A stretch of 43,273 nucleotides of DNA from Lachnospiraceae bacterium (GTDB lineage: Bacteria > Bacillota > Clostridia > Lachnospirales > Lachnospiraceae). Each line of letters begins with the position of its first letter. The first letter of the stretch is position 1. A program made the translations under genes and the position numbers. The notes under the pieces are model-generated. The model was not told the DNA's origin and ran no database searches. It worked only from the letters and a program-made list of their open reading frames with translations. Below are positions 33,597 through 43,061 of this stretch, one piece after another. The stretch spans positions 1 to 43,273 of the forward strand of contig JAKSRL010000001.1 in assembly GCA_024403635.1 (NCBI GenBank). The letters are read 5' to 3'.

Positions 33597-35048
33597 TTAT
33601 GAAGAGTGCTTTCTTGCGATGATCCGGTAAAGGAAGAGAACGGTTAGAGCCGCAGCACTGCAGCCAAGAAGCAGTAACCATCCCAGCATATTGTTGCTAT
33701 CCCCGGTTTGAGGTGTGGCAACATTTTTATTTTCCGTGCTAGTTGAGGAAACGTCCGTATGCTGTGGAAGTATTTTCGGAAGAATCTTCTGTGCGGTCAG
33801 TACCATATGGCAATCTCCGCAGTGGGATCCTTGGGTAAGTCCTGTTGAAGTTTCGGTCGGCTCCACGCTTTGATCGATTACCACGTTGGTATGTGGGTCT
33901 TCATTAAACATTCTGCCGCATTCCTCGCACTTTTGCCAATGCTTCTCTACAGTCGTCATGTATTCGTCGCTCGAACACTTGTGACAGAAAATCGTGAATT
34001 CTGTATCACCCTCCTCAGGGGTGGCATTTAATACCCAGATGTGCAAATCTCCGATATATTTATCCCAAGCGTCTTTACATGCATATTCCGGAGGAAGCGT
34101 AAAAACCACATCACTTCCGGCTTCGGTATAATATCCGTCGTCTTTTTCGTCATCACTTGCGAGAACCTCTGCTTGTCCGTCGTCTCCGACAAAGACAATC
34201 TTATACAGAACAACGGTCAGGTCGTTGAGGATGCCGTTATTTGTGGTGCAAGTGATAACCGCGCTTTGGGATGACTTTGTAATCACTCCGTCGCTCCTAT
34301 TTTCTCCGCAAATAAGAGTACCATTATCGCCGACTGTGATATTGCCGGAATTCTTTTCTACGGTAACGGTTGCATTATTTATTTCAATATTTCCAGTATT
34401 TTCTTTTATCGTGATTGTTCCGCTCGTGGCATGGACCGTGCCTTCATTATTATTTATGGAACCTTTAGGGAGAACCGTTTCACTGCCGACAATCTTTTCT
34501 TCAAACGTAACCGTTCCGTTTTGACGGTTGTTTTCAATCTGACCGTCATGCATGATTACAGTACCGAGGTTAATACCAACCGTTCCAAAATTTTCATATA
34601 CGTTTCCAGCGTTCTCCTGAATCGTTCCGTAGTTTCGGTCAATCTCATTTCCCATGCCGAGGACAAGAACGGTTCCGTCCTTGTCATTCACGCCCAAGGA
34701 GCCGGTATTGTTAATCAAATTAATGGTTCCGTAATTGGTTCCCACATGTCCCGCTAAAAGTTTATCAATGGAACCGAAATTTTCCATAACGGTTCCGTAG
34801 GAAGAAGAAATATTTCCCCGGTTGTTATTTATCGTTCCGCCGGTATTCAGCGCGTTGATTGTCCCCAAATTCTCATTCATGGTATCTAAAGAAACGGCGA
34901 TAGAAGGGAAGGCATCGAGAGAATGTCCTTCCGGATTATTATCTGCAGCATATGTGATAATCGGCAGTGTTGCCGTCAGCAACAGAACTGCGAGCAGTAT
35001 CCGCAAAATCGATTTGACGATGGAATTCTTATTTTTGGTAGTCAGCAT
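33597..35048 (-). CDS. sortase-anchored surface protein with N-x-G-T-I/V beta-helix-like repeats and a Cys-rich module
   Basis: Start is the ATG 22 codons into the track ORF, after GAGGAAG. Signal peptide ILRILLAVLLLTATLPIITYA. Many NYGTI/NFGTV/NEGTV/NTGNI repeats. CHKC...CEEC...CGDC cysteine pairs. C-terminal TPQTGDSNN + hydrophobic helix + ARKH. Confidence 0.75.
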   Translation of the reverse strand: MLTTKNKNSIVKSILRILLAVLLLTATLPIITYAADNNPEGHSLDAFPSIAVSLDTMNENLGTINALNTGGTINNNRGNISSSYGTVMENFGSIDKLLAGHVGTNYGTINLINNTGSLGVNDKDGTVLVLGMGNEIDRNYGTIQENAGNVYENFGTVGINLGTVIMHDGQIENNRQNGTVTFEEKIVGSETVLPKGSINNNEGTVHATSGTITIKENTGNIEINNATVTVEKNSGNITVGDNGTLICGENRSDGVITKSSQSAVITCTTNNGILNDLTVVLYKIVFVGDDGQAEVLASDDEKDDGYYTEAGSDVVFTLPPEYACKDAWDKYIGDLHIWVLNATPEEGDTEFTIFCHKCSSDEYMTTVEKHWQKCEECGRMFNEDPHTNVVIDQSVEPTETSTGLTQGSHCGDCHMVLTAQKILPKILPQHTDVSSTSTENKNVATPQTGDSNNMLGWLLLLGCSAAALTVLFLYRIIARKHSS

Positions 35049-35231
35049 ATAGAATTCTTCCTCTCTTTTTCCAGACCCCCTGTTTTTTCGATGTTGTATG
35101 GGGCATAGCAACACGGAAATCCGAATATACTTCTTCTATTTTATTCTAGCATGGCATATAAAAAAAACAAGATACTACCAAAGGAGCCTAACGTGGTATA
35201 AAATATAACTATGAAAAAAGGAAGAAATGAT

Positions 35232-37847
35232 ATGAAAAATTATATATCCGCAATCAAGATTAGTGGATTGCAAAAAGCTTCTATGGGGCGCAGCTATCTG
35301 GTACAGTGTGAGAAGGTACTCCTTGCACCGGATACGCAGGAACGCATTGTTCATACCGCATGTCGCGCTTGCATTGCGAACTGTGGGGTATTGGCGCATG
35401 TGAAAAATGGTAGAGTTGTCAAGCTGGAGGGAGATCCTGCTGACCCTATGAGTAAGGGAAGACTTTGCGCAAAGGGTCTTTCCGGCATTAACGCTTTATA
35501 TCACCCAAACCGCAACAAATATCCTCTGGTGCGCGTTGGTGCTCGAGGAGAGGGAAAGTGGAAGCGCGTGACGTGGGAGGATGCCATTGACCGTGTTGCC
35601 CATATGCTGATGGAAATTCGGGAGAAATACGGCGCTGAGTGCGTCTTTGGAAGCACCGGCGGTGGCGGAAACCCGGAGGTTTGGAGTGCAGCGCGTTTCT
35701 GTAATATCTTTGGTACCCCAAACTGGTTTGAGCCCGGCAGCGCCCAATGCTATCTGCCCCGTGTTCTGGCTTGCGCCATGATGTACGGCGGTATGGATGC
35801 CAGCATTGCAGATTCCAACTGCCTTGAGTTTTATGATGAGGAAAATTGTCCAATCCAGGCGTTGGTTCTTTGGGGCACGGATCCTTCCTATTCCTGTCCT
35901 GCTTCTGGCGGACGCATGGTGAATGAACTGCGACAGAAGGGAGTCAAGACCGTAGTAATTGACCCTCGCCTGACCCCGGATGCGGCTAAGGCGGATGTGT
36001 GGCTGCCAATCCGTCCGGAGAGTGATGTGGCTCTGCAGATGAGCTGGATCCGCTATATTTTGGAAAATAAACTCTATGATGAGGACTTTGTCATGCGTTG
36101 GACAAACCTGCCTTATCTTGTAGATTGCGACAGCAGGTTTGTTGTTCACCCAGGTGGTGAGAAAACGGCTGCGTTGGTTTGGGATAAAAAGAGCAATTGT
36201 GCGAAGACCTTGCAGTATCCTTGGGATGAGGAACTGGATGTAGAGCTTTTCGGTACCCATGAAATCGGCGGAAAACTCTACAAGACTGGTGCCCAACTCC
36301 TTTGGGAGCGGGTAGAGGAATATACCTTGGATAAGGCGGCGGAACTTTGCTGGTTGGACAAAAATGATATTGAAAAAGCAATTCGTATTTATGCGGAGAA
36401 TTCTCCGAGCTCTCTTTGTATGGGCGTTGCAACGGACCAGAATATTAATTCCGAGCAGTCCGCCATGGCAGCGATTATCCTGGATTTCCTCCTTGGTAAT
36501 GTAGAAAAGCCGGGTACGGCTATGCAGCGGTTCCAGATCAGTGGCGTGTTAAAATCTCCGAATTATCCCGTTCCTGTTGCGTTGAAATGTCTGCCGAAAG
36601 AACAGCTTGAAAAGCGTCTGGGAGGCAGAGAACATAAGGGCCTTTCCATCTGGTATGGAGGTCATGCCGCCAGCATACTGAAAGCAATCCAGACGGGAAA
36701 GCCGTATCAGCCTCGTATGTGGATCGACCGCAGCGGCAATAAATTCGGCGTTCTCGCGGAGGTGCAGAAATGGGCGGAAGCGACGGAGAAGCTGGATTAT
36801 ATCGTTCATATGTTTACCTATCCTACCTCGATGACCGCATATGCGGATGTGGTGCTCCCGACCGAAGAATGGCTGGAGACGGAGATGGTGGTGGAGACGT
36901 GCAACATATGTGTGGCACGTCAGCAAGTGGTGCATCTCTGGGAAACTAGAGATGAGACGGTCGTGTGGTCCAACATCGCAAAACGATGTGGAGAGCTTGG
37001 CCACGAAATGTGCAAAAAATCCTTTGATCCGGAGTTTATGGGCGAAGATCTGGCCTACTGGGATTCCATGGAGAAATTCTTTGATCAGATCACGCCTGCG
37101 CAGGGAGTGACGTGGAAGGAATACTGCGAGAAAGCTCCTTTTGAATTTTTACCGAAGGAAGAATGGAAAACCTATTATGTATATAAGCAGCCGGATGAAG
37201 CCGGCTTGCCTCAGGGATTTAATACCCCAAGTAAGAAAATTGAAATATATTGTGACAGCTTTATTGAGTTGGGAAGAACAGGAGCTCCGTTCATGCCATA
37301 TCCGTTGCCACCGGCAGATCAGGACTATGAGCCGCTGCCGTATTATGCGGAGCCTACGGAAAGCCCTATGCGAAACGACGAGATTTCCAGAGAGTTCCCA
37401 CTGACGATGACAAACGGCAGACTCCCGCTGTATCACCATTCCACGTTACGAAACATTCCTGGTCTGCGTGAAATGATGGCAGTGCCGGAACTTTGGATCT
37501 GTCCGGAGGATGCAGAAACCTATGGTGTTCACACCGGAAATTGGGTATGGGTCGAGTCGAAACGTGGAAAGATTCGTGCAAAAGCCTATGTAACCAAGGG
37601 CATCCGTCCTGGAACGGTGTATATGGAGCGTTTTTGGCATCCGGAAACGCTGAACACTCCAACCCATGGATGGCAGGAGACCAATGTTAATGTGCTGACT
37701 CGTTCGGAAGGACCTTTCAATGATGTGGTTGGTACCCATGTTCTGCGTGGCTTCCAAGTGAAGGTTTCTCCGGCAGAAAGTGGACCGGAAGGAATCTGGA
37801 CGACACCTGCCGACTTTAAGAGTTGGTTGACTGTTGGAAAAACTTGA
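35232..37847 (+). CDS. molybdopterin (bis-MGD) oxidoreductase catalytic subunit, DMSO-reductase superfamily, cytoplasmic
   Basis: N-terminal 4Fe-4S motif CRACIANCGV...(27 aa)...CAKG. Family-typical blocks (GGGGNPE, VVIDPR, C-terminal beta-barrel WVWVESKRGKIRAKAYVT). No twin-arginine signal. The ATG at 35232 follows AAAGGAAG; the track start is 35211. Confidence 0.85.
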   Translation: MKNYISAIKISGLQKASMGRSYLVQCEKVLLAPDTQERIVHTACRACIANCGVLAHVKNGRVVKLEGDPADPMSKGRLCAKGLSGINALYHPNRNKYPLVRVGARGEGKWKRVTWEDAIDRVAHMLMEIREKYGAECVFGSTGGGGNPEVWSAARFCNIFGTPNWFEPGSAQCYLPRVLACAMMYGGMDASIADSNCLEFYDEENCPIQALVLWGTDPSYSCPASGGRMVNELRQKGVKTVVIDPRLTPDAAKADVWLPIRPESDVALQMSWIRYILENKLYDEDFVMRWTNLPYLVDCDSRFVVHPGGEKTAALVWDKKSNCAKTLQYPWDEELDVELFGTHEIGGKLYKTGAQLLWERVEEYTLDKAAELCWLDKNDIEKAIRIYAENSPSSLCMGVATDQNINSEQSAMAAIILDFLLGNVEKPGTAMQRFQISGVLKSPNYPVPVALKCLPKEQLEKRLGGREHKGLSIWYGGHAASILKAIQTGKPYQPRMWIDRSGNKFGVLAEVQKWAEATEKLDYIVHMFTYPTSMTAYADVVLPTEEWLETEMVVETCNICVARQQVVHLWETRDETVVWSNIAKRCGELGHEMCKKSFDPEFMGEDLAYWDSMEKFFDQITPAQGVTWKEYCEKAPFEFLPKEEWKTYYVYKQPDEAGLPQGFNTPSKKIEIYCDSFIELGRTGAPFMPYPLPPADQDYEPLPYYAEPTESPMRNDEISREFPLTMTNGRLPLYHHSTLRNIPGLREMMAVPELWICPEDAETYGVHTGNWVWVESKRGKIRAKAYVTKGIRPGTVYMERFWHPETLNTPTHGWQETNVNVLTRSEGPFNDVVGTHVLRGFQVKVSPAESGPEGIWTTPADFKSWLTVGKT

Positions 37848-37863
37848 AAAAGGAGAGATAGGA

Positions 37864-38493
37864 ATGAAGAAGCAATATGCAATCGTCGTGGAGCTGGATC
37901 GCTGTATCGGCTGCCGTGGCTGTCAGGTGGCATGCAAATTTGAAAACGATATTTCTTTGGGTGCTTCCCGCAATCACACCTATACCATGGGACCTGTGGG
38001 TTCTTTCCCGAAGCTCTCCATGTATTTTCTGACCCTTATGTGTCAGCAATGTGAGAATCCTGCCTGCGAATCCGTTTGCCCAACGGGCGCCTGCTATAAG
38101 AGCGAGGAGGACGGCATTGTCCGCATAGATCCGGAGCTGTGTATTGGCTGCAAAAGCTGCCAGAAGGTCTGCCCTTATCATGCAAACAATTTCAATCCGG
38201 AAAAGCGTATCATGGACAAATGTGATCTATGTGAAGCCAGCAGGGAAGCGGGAGAGATACCGGCCTGCATCAAAAACTGCGCTGGTGCAGCCCTCCATTT
38301 TGGAGATATCAATGATCCAGAAAGCAAGGTAAGCCAGCTTCTGGCTGCCAATGAAGGATATGTGTTTACGCTGAAAGATGAAACGGGCGTGAACCCTAGC
38401 GGAAGATTTATTCTCAGACGGGAACCGTGGATTGAAGAATTGCCTCATGTATTTGAAAAAATGTTACAGGAGGGAAACGGAAATGTTAGATAA
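37864..38493 (+). CDS. 4Fe-4S ferredoxin-type electron-transfer subunit (DmsB-like)
   Basis: Four Cys clusters (CIGCRGCQVAC, CQQCENPACESVCP, CIGCKSCQKVCP, CDLC...CIKNC). AAAGGAGAG RBS. Confidence 0.88.
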   Translation: MKKQYAIVVELDRCIGCRGCQVACKFENDISLGASRNHTYTMGPVGSFPKLSMYFLTLMCQQCENPACESVCPTGACYKSEEDGIVRIDPELCIGCKSCQKVCPYHANNFNPEKRIMDKCDLCEASREAGEIPACIKNCAGAALHFGDINDPESKVSQLLAANEGYVFTLKDETGVNPSGRFILRREPWIEELPHVFEKMLQEGNGNVR

Positions 38494-39172
38494 AAACGAA
38501 TTTCGCGCATTGACCGAATATCGAAGCGCACTATATAGACTCCTTTCTGGGCTGTATCTTATGGAGGTGGACGCGGAGCAGCTTAAAACCTTGAAAAGCC
38601 TGAGCTTTCCTCAGGTGGAAGGTGACAGCGATGCAGATTTGGATCTGCAGCAGGGATATGCTCTTTTGGAGAATGCCCTGAGCGAAACCGAGGAGAACGA
38701 CTTGGATGAGCTGGCAGCAGAGTATGCAAAAATCTTCCTGGCAGCCGGCGAATCAAGTGGAAAGGCTGCTTTTCCTTATGCTTCGGTTTATTTGGACAAA
38801 AAACACTATGTCGGCGGGGGAATGGAGCAGAAAATGAAACGACTGCTGCTCGCTCGTGGCAGAGATATTGATCCTGAGGCTTATCGCATTATGTACGATC
38901 ATATCGGACTGATGCTGGAATATATGGCTATTTTATGCGAGGAACAGCTGGCTGCGGAGGAGAACCTAAAGGAACTGATACAGGAACAAAAAGAATTTCT
39001 CCGGGACAATCTCCAGAGCTGGGTCTATGCCTTTACGGCAGATGTGGTGAAATACTCGAAAGGAAAGTTCTATGCCGGCCTTGCCCTTGTGACAAGCGGG
39101 TTATTAAAAAAAGAAACGGAATTTTTGAAAGAAACAGGTGAAAAGTATGGAGTGGACATTAACTGCGAATGA
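38483..39172 (+). CDS. TorD/DmsD-family molybdoenzyme maturation chaperone
   Basis: YRLLSGLY...LAAEYAKIFL...FPYASVYL...DHIGLMLEYMA pattern of the TorD family. Overlaps the FeS-subunit stop by 11 nt. Confidence 0.75.
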   Translation: MLDKNEFRALTEYRSALYRLLSGLYLMEVDAEQLKTLKSLSFPQVEGDSDADLDLQQGYALLENALSETEENDLDELAAEYAKIFLAAGESSGKAAFPYASVYLDKKHYVGGGMEQKMKRLLLARGRDIDPEAYRIMYDHIGLMLEYMAILCEEQLAAEENLKELIQEQKEFLRDNLQSWVYAFTADVVKYSKGKFYAGLALVTSGLLKKETEFLKETGEKYGVDINCE

Positions 39173-41033
39173 ACCTGGAAAAGTATGTCTGATGCAGGGC
39201 AATGAAGCCATCGTCAGAGGTGCTCTGGAGGCGGGGATAAACTTTGCTTCCTCTTATCCGGGATCTCCTTCCTCTCAGGTTTTGGGAATGTTGGGAAATG
39301 TAGCGGAGGAACGTGGGTTCTACGCTCAGTGGGCGACCAATGAAATCAGCGCGCTGCAGGGATGCATGGGTGCAAGCTTTGCCAATGCGAGAGCAATCTG
39401 CATTATGAAACAGAACGGCTTGCTAGTGTCGGCGGATGCTCTGTTCTGCGGAGTACAGGGAGGCGTTAAGGGCGGCCTTGTTCTTATTACTTCCGATGAT
39501 CCGGATGCGCATTCCTCAACGAACGAATTTGATTCCCGTAATTTTGCACCAGCAGCGGAAGCCATTATGCTGGAGCCTATGACTATGCAGGAAACGAAGG
39601 ATATGATTCCGTATGCCTTCGAACTTTCCGAGCGGCATCATCAGCTGGTTATCGTCCGGGTAACGACGAGAATCTGCCACGGCCGTGGCAACGTCGTGCT
39701 GGGCGAGCTTCCGGAAAAGGCGCATCCAATTCAGGCAGTGGATGAATGGGACCGGATGAATTGCGTATGCTACGAGCATCAGGCGACGTTAAATAAACTC
39801 AAAGCCGTACAGGAGGAATTCGAGAACTGTCCGTTTAATACATATCAGGGACCGGAGAAGGCAGAAAAACTGATCATTACTTCCGGTACCGGAAAGCTCT
39901 ACGCGAAAGAGGCAATCTCCCGACTGGGCGTAGCAGAGAACGTGGGCTTGTTGGCTCTGGGTACTTTATGGCCGCTTCCGGAAAAAACCATCACGTCTTA
40001 TATGAAAGAGGCAAAGGAAGTTCTCGTTCTGGAAGAAGTGGATCCTTACCTCATGACCCAAGTCGAAGCAATCGCCGGAAGATACGGCTTGAATATAAAA
40101 TTTTCAGACAGAGGAACTAACGTAGGAGAACTCTCTCCGGATGAAGTTTTGAAGGCCATCAGCGCGCTTACTGGGGCAGCTATCCCGGAAAAGAGAGTGA
40201 AGCAAAACGAGCAGGGCGAGAAGGAACCTTTGATAAGGCGGGAACTGACTTTCTGCGCAGGATGTCCTCACAGAGCGACATTCTATTTATTGAAAAAAGC
40301 TCTCCGATCGGAAAAAATTCCGGGAATTTCCATCGGAGACATCGGCTGCTATTTTATGGCTGGCGGAGAAGCAGGATTTTTCGGATATCAGGTCTGCAAT
40401 GCTATGGGCTCGGGAATTAATGTGGCTCAGGGCTTAGGACAGCTTACGTCTTACGGACTGAATCAAAAGGTTGTCACTATGTGTGGTGACTCCACCTTCT
40501 TCCACACGGTTATGCCGGGACTTCTGAATGCAAGCTACCACAACTCGGATATGCTTATGATCGTTCTGGATAATTCCGCAACGGCAATGACGGGCTTCCA
40601 GCCGCATCCTGGCACAGGCATTACGGCGATGGGCAAAACGGTAGAGCCGATGTCCATTGAAGCGATTTGTCTTGCCATGGGCTGTTCCGTTACGATAGCG
40701 GATCCGTTCGATATTGAAAATACACAGCAGATTTTATTAGACCTGTTGCAGCAGAAGGGCCTGAAGGTTCTTATCATGAAGCAGCCTTGTGCGACTCTGA
40801 AATCGAAGCAGGGCGGACCGAAGAAGACGGTTCGCGTAAATCCGGACAAGTGCTTAGGCGACGGATGTGGATGTGACAAATTCTGCTCCAGAGTCTGGGG
40901 CTGCCCAGGAAATTCATGGGATTTCGAGAATGGTAAGGCAGTTATCGATCCAGTGAGCTGCGTTGGCTGCGGCGTATGTGCGAAATTATGTCCGGCAGGC
41001 GCAATCGAAGTGGAAGGTGGTGCAGAAGAATGA
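39147..41033 (+). CDS. iorA: indolepyruvate:ferredoxin oxidoreductase alpha subunit (TPP- and FeS-binding)
   Basis: GNEAIVRGALEAG, TPP motif CGDSTFFH, and C-terminal ferredoxin motifs (CVGCGVCAKLCP). The size and architecture match IorA. The ATG at 39147 follows AGGTG. Confidence 0.8.
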   Translation: MEWTLTANEPGKVCLMQGNEAIVRGALEAGINFASSYPGSPSSQVLGMLGNVAEERGFYAQWATNEISALQGCMGASFANARAICIMKQNGLLVSADALFCGVQGGVKGGLVLITSDDPDAHSSTNEFDSRNFAPAAEAIMLEPMTMQETKDMIPYAFELSERHHQLVIVRVTTRICHGRGNVVLGELPEKAHPIQAVDEWDRMNCVCYEHQATLNKLKAVQEEFENCPFNTYQGPEKAEKLIITSGTGKLYAKEAISRLGVAENVGLLALGTLWPLPEKTITSYMKEAKEVLVLEEVDPYLMTQVEAIAGRYGLNIKFSDRGTNVGELSPDEVLKAISALTGAAIPEKRVKQNEQGEKEPLIRRELTFCAGCPHRATFYLLKKALRSEKIPGISIGDIGCYFMAGGEAGFFGYQVCNAMGSGINVAQGLGQLTSYGLNQKVVTMCGDSTFFHTVMPGLLNASYHNSDMLMIVLDNSATAMTGFQPHPGTGITAMGKTVEPMSIEAICLAMGCSVTIADPFDIENTQQILLDLLQQKGLKVLIMKQPCATLKSKQGGPKKTVRVNPDKCLGDGCGCDKFCSRVWGCPGNSWDFENGKAVIDPVSCVGCGVCAKLCPAGAIEVEGGAEE

Positions 41034-41674
41034 AGAAATTAAAATATGATCCTTTAAATATCGTCATTTGCGGAATCGGTGGTCAGGGAAACGTTTTGGC
41101 TTCCGAACTGGTTGCTTCCACCATGACAGAACTCGGTTATCACGTAGCAGTAGGTGAGACCTACGGCGCGTCCCAAAGGGGCGGCTCGGTTATGAGCCAT
41201 GTGCGTATTTCGGAAACGGAAGAGCTGGGCGTGCTCATCTCTCACGGCGAAGGAAACTTTATCATCGGTTTCGAGCCTTTAGAAACTTTGCGGATCGCCA
41301 GAGAATATTCAAATTCGGAGACGGTCATTATTTATGACCCGCGTCCGGTTTATCCTTTAGGCGTTTTAAAAGGTACGCAGGTTTATCCGGAAATGGAAGC
41401 AATGAAAGAAGAACTGAAAGAGCTTTCTGCAAAGGCTTACGAAGTTCCTGTTGCGGAGATTACTCTGGAAACCGGAAACTCAAAGGCGGCAAACATTGCT
41501 CTTCTTGGTGCATTTTCAAGACTTCCGGGCGCACCTCTTTCCAGCGAGGAGCTGAGAGAAGTTCTTACCACCCGATTCAAAGGGGATGTGCTGGAGATGA
41601 ATCTGAAGGCCTTCGACCTTGGATGCAAAGCCATAGACGATATGGACGATTCTGGCGCGGAGAGCGGCCGATAA
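41030..41674 (+). CDS. iorB: indolepyruvate:ferredoxin oxidoreductase beta subunit
   Basis: ATGA overlap with iorA. N-terminal NIVICGIGGQGNVLAS (POR gamma-type domain). Confidence 0.8.
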   Translation: MKKLKYDPLNIVICGIGGQGNVLASELVASTMTELGYHVAVGETYGASQRGGSVMSHVRISETEELGVLISHGEGNFIIGFEPLETLRIAREYSNSETVIIYDPRPVYPLGVLKGTQVYPEMEAMKEELKELSAKAYEVPVAEITLETGNSKAANIALLGAFSRLPGAPLSSEELREVLTTRFKGDVLEMNLKAFDLGCKAIDDMDDSGAESGR

Positions 41675-41685
41675 GGAGGAGAGAA

Positions 41686-41946
41686 ATGAGTAAGAACATA
41701 AAAGTAAATTTTCTGCATCCGAAGACGGACGCAGTTCTGACATTAGAAATTCCGGACGATACTCGTTTTGAGCAGCTGACCAAGCTCCTCTACCAGAAAG
41801 ATTTTGTTCTGGTTCAGAAACCTGGCTACCGGTATATCGTTCAGGGACATATTGCGGGAAATATTCATACCTTAAGAGACTATATGCCGGAGGACTGCGA
41901 AGAAATCACTTTGCGGATCTTCGGTCAGGGCCAGGTCTTGCTGTAA
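41686..41946 (+). CDS. small (86 aa) protein, possible ubiquitin-like beta-grasp fold
   Basis: GGAGGAG RBS 5-6 nt upstream. The pattern IKVNFLHP...LTLEIPDDTRFEQLTKLL...TLRDYMPEDCEEITLRIFG resembles YukD/ubiquitin-like proteins. There is no C-terminal GG. Confidence 0.5.
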   Translation: MSKNIKVNFLHPKTDAVLTLEIPDDTRFEQLTKLLYQKDFVLVQKPGYRYIVQGHIAGNIHTLRDYMPEDCEEITLRIFGQGQVLL

Positions 41947-41957
41947 GGAGGAATAAA

Positions 41958-43010
41958 ATGTTAAGTACATTTGCATTAGATACACAGGTAATTAAAAAGG
42001 GATTATGCACTGGCTGCGGTGCTTGTCAGGGCATGTGTCCATATTGGGGCTCGAAAGACGGCCGTACAATTTGCTATTTCGACTGTGAGAGACATGACGG
42101 CCGCTGTCAGGCGTTCTGTCCGAGCATGCCGACGGACTATAAGGCGTTACGAGAGAAGTTCTTCGACCCAGCTTCGGTTATTCCGGAGATGGGACCGTTT
42201 AAAGCTCTTTATGTAGTACGAGCTGCCGACGCATCCATTCGGGAAGGCGGCGCTCAGCATGGGGGAACGGTAACGGCTTTGCTTGAGTTCGCTATGAAGA
42301 ACGGCTTCATGGATGCTGCAGTTTTAGGTGGAGAAGATGAAAAGGGAAATCCGGCCGGCGTTTTCGCAACTACTGTGGAAGAGGTTCGGAAGGCTTCTGG
42401 TTCAAAGTTTAAGATTCCACCGACGTTGGCTACCCTCAACAAAGCGTTGGCAGCAGATGAATATCAAAAGATTGGCGTCGTTGCGACGCCGTGCAAGGCG
42501 AAAGCGGTATATAAGATGAAGTCAAAACCTTTGCCGGAGAGGGATAATAATGCCGACAACATCGGTCTGGTTATCGGATTGTTCTGTGGCTGGGGTCTGG
42601 AATGGGATGGCCTTACGGAGCTTTCCGCAAAGACTACGGGAGGCGAAAAAGTCAGCCACTCCGACATCCTTCCGAGTAAGTACCACTCCATGGAGTTTAC
42701 TACGACGTCTGGCACGAAGTCGGTGGATCTGGATGAGGTTCTTCCTTTGGTACGTGATGTATGCAAGACCTGCGATGACATGACCTGCGAATTCGCGGAC
42801 CTGTCGGTAGGCGGCGCGAGAACCGGCGACGGATGGGATGTTGATAAGGGCTGGAATCAGGTCATCATCCGAAGCGAAAAAGGTGAGGAGCTTTTTAAGG
42901 CAGCTTTGGAAGCTGGCGTCATTGAAATCCGTAAGACTCCGGAGGGTGCTTTGGAAAAGATTAAGGTGGCTTCCGCAAATAAGAAGGAAAAAGCGAAGGA
43001 AATCTCGTGA
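41958..43010 (+). CDS. FrhB/FdhB-family (coenzyme F420 hydrogenase beta-like) flavo-iron-sulfur protein
   Basis: N-terminal CTGCGACQGMCP ferredoxin motif, then FrhB_FdhB N/C-like blocks (GGAQHGGTVTALL, VVATPCKAKA, GLFCGW). AAGGAGG RBS. Confidence 0.75.
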   Translation: MLSTFALDTQVIKKGLCTGCGACQGMCPYWGSKDGRTICYFDCERHDGRCQAFCPSMPTDYKALREKFFDPASVIPEMGPFKALYVVRAADASIREGGAQHGGTVTALLEFAMKNGFMDAAVLGGEDEKGNPAGVFATTVEEVRKASGSKFKIPPTLATLNKALAADEYQKIGVVATPCKAKAVYKMKSKPLPERDNNADNIGLVIGLFCGWGLEWDGLTELSAKTTGGEKVSHSDILPSKYHSMEFTTTSGTKSVDLDEVLPLVRDVCKTCDDMTCEFADLSVGGARTGDGWDVDKGWNQVIIRSEKGEELFKAALEAGVIEIRKTPEGALEKIKVASANKKEKAKEIS

Positions 43011-43061
43011 CTGGCGAAATTAAGAGAACGAATGTTTTTCAGAATATAGGAGTATAAAACG

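Noticed and set aside
35115-35231. Moco riboswitch upstream of the molybdoenzyme operon
   Set aside because: The ~115-nt AT-rich leader shows none of the conserved Moco-RNA stems and loops that I can recognise. Only a -10-like TGgTATAAA is present.
35496-36296. 266-aa - strand ORF and other antisense ORFs (36091-36432, 36549-37004, 37149-37933) within the Mo-oxidoreductase gene
   Set aside because: The + strand frame carries unambiguous MopB motifs. In the G+C-richer backbone, long antisense ORFs are expected by chance.
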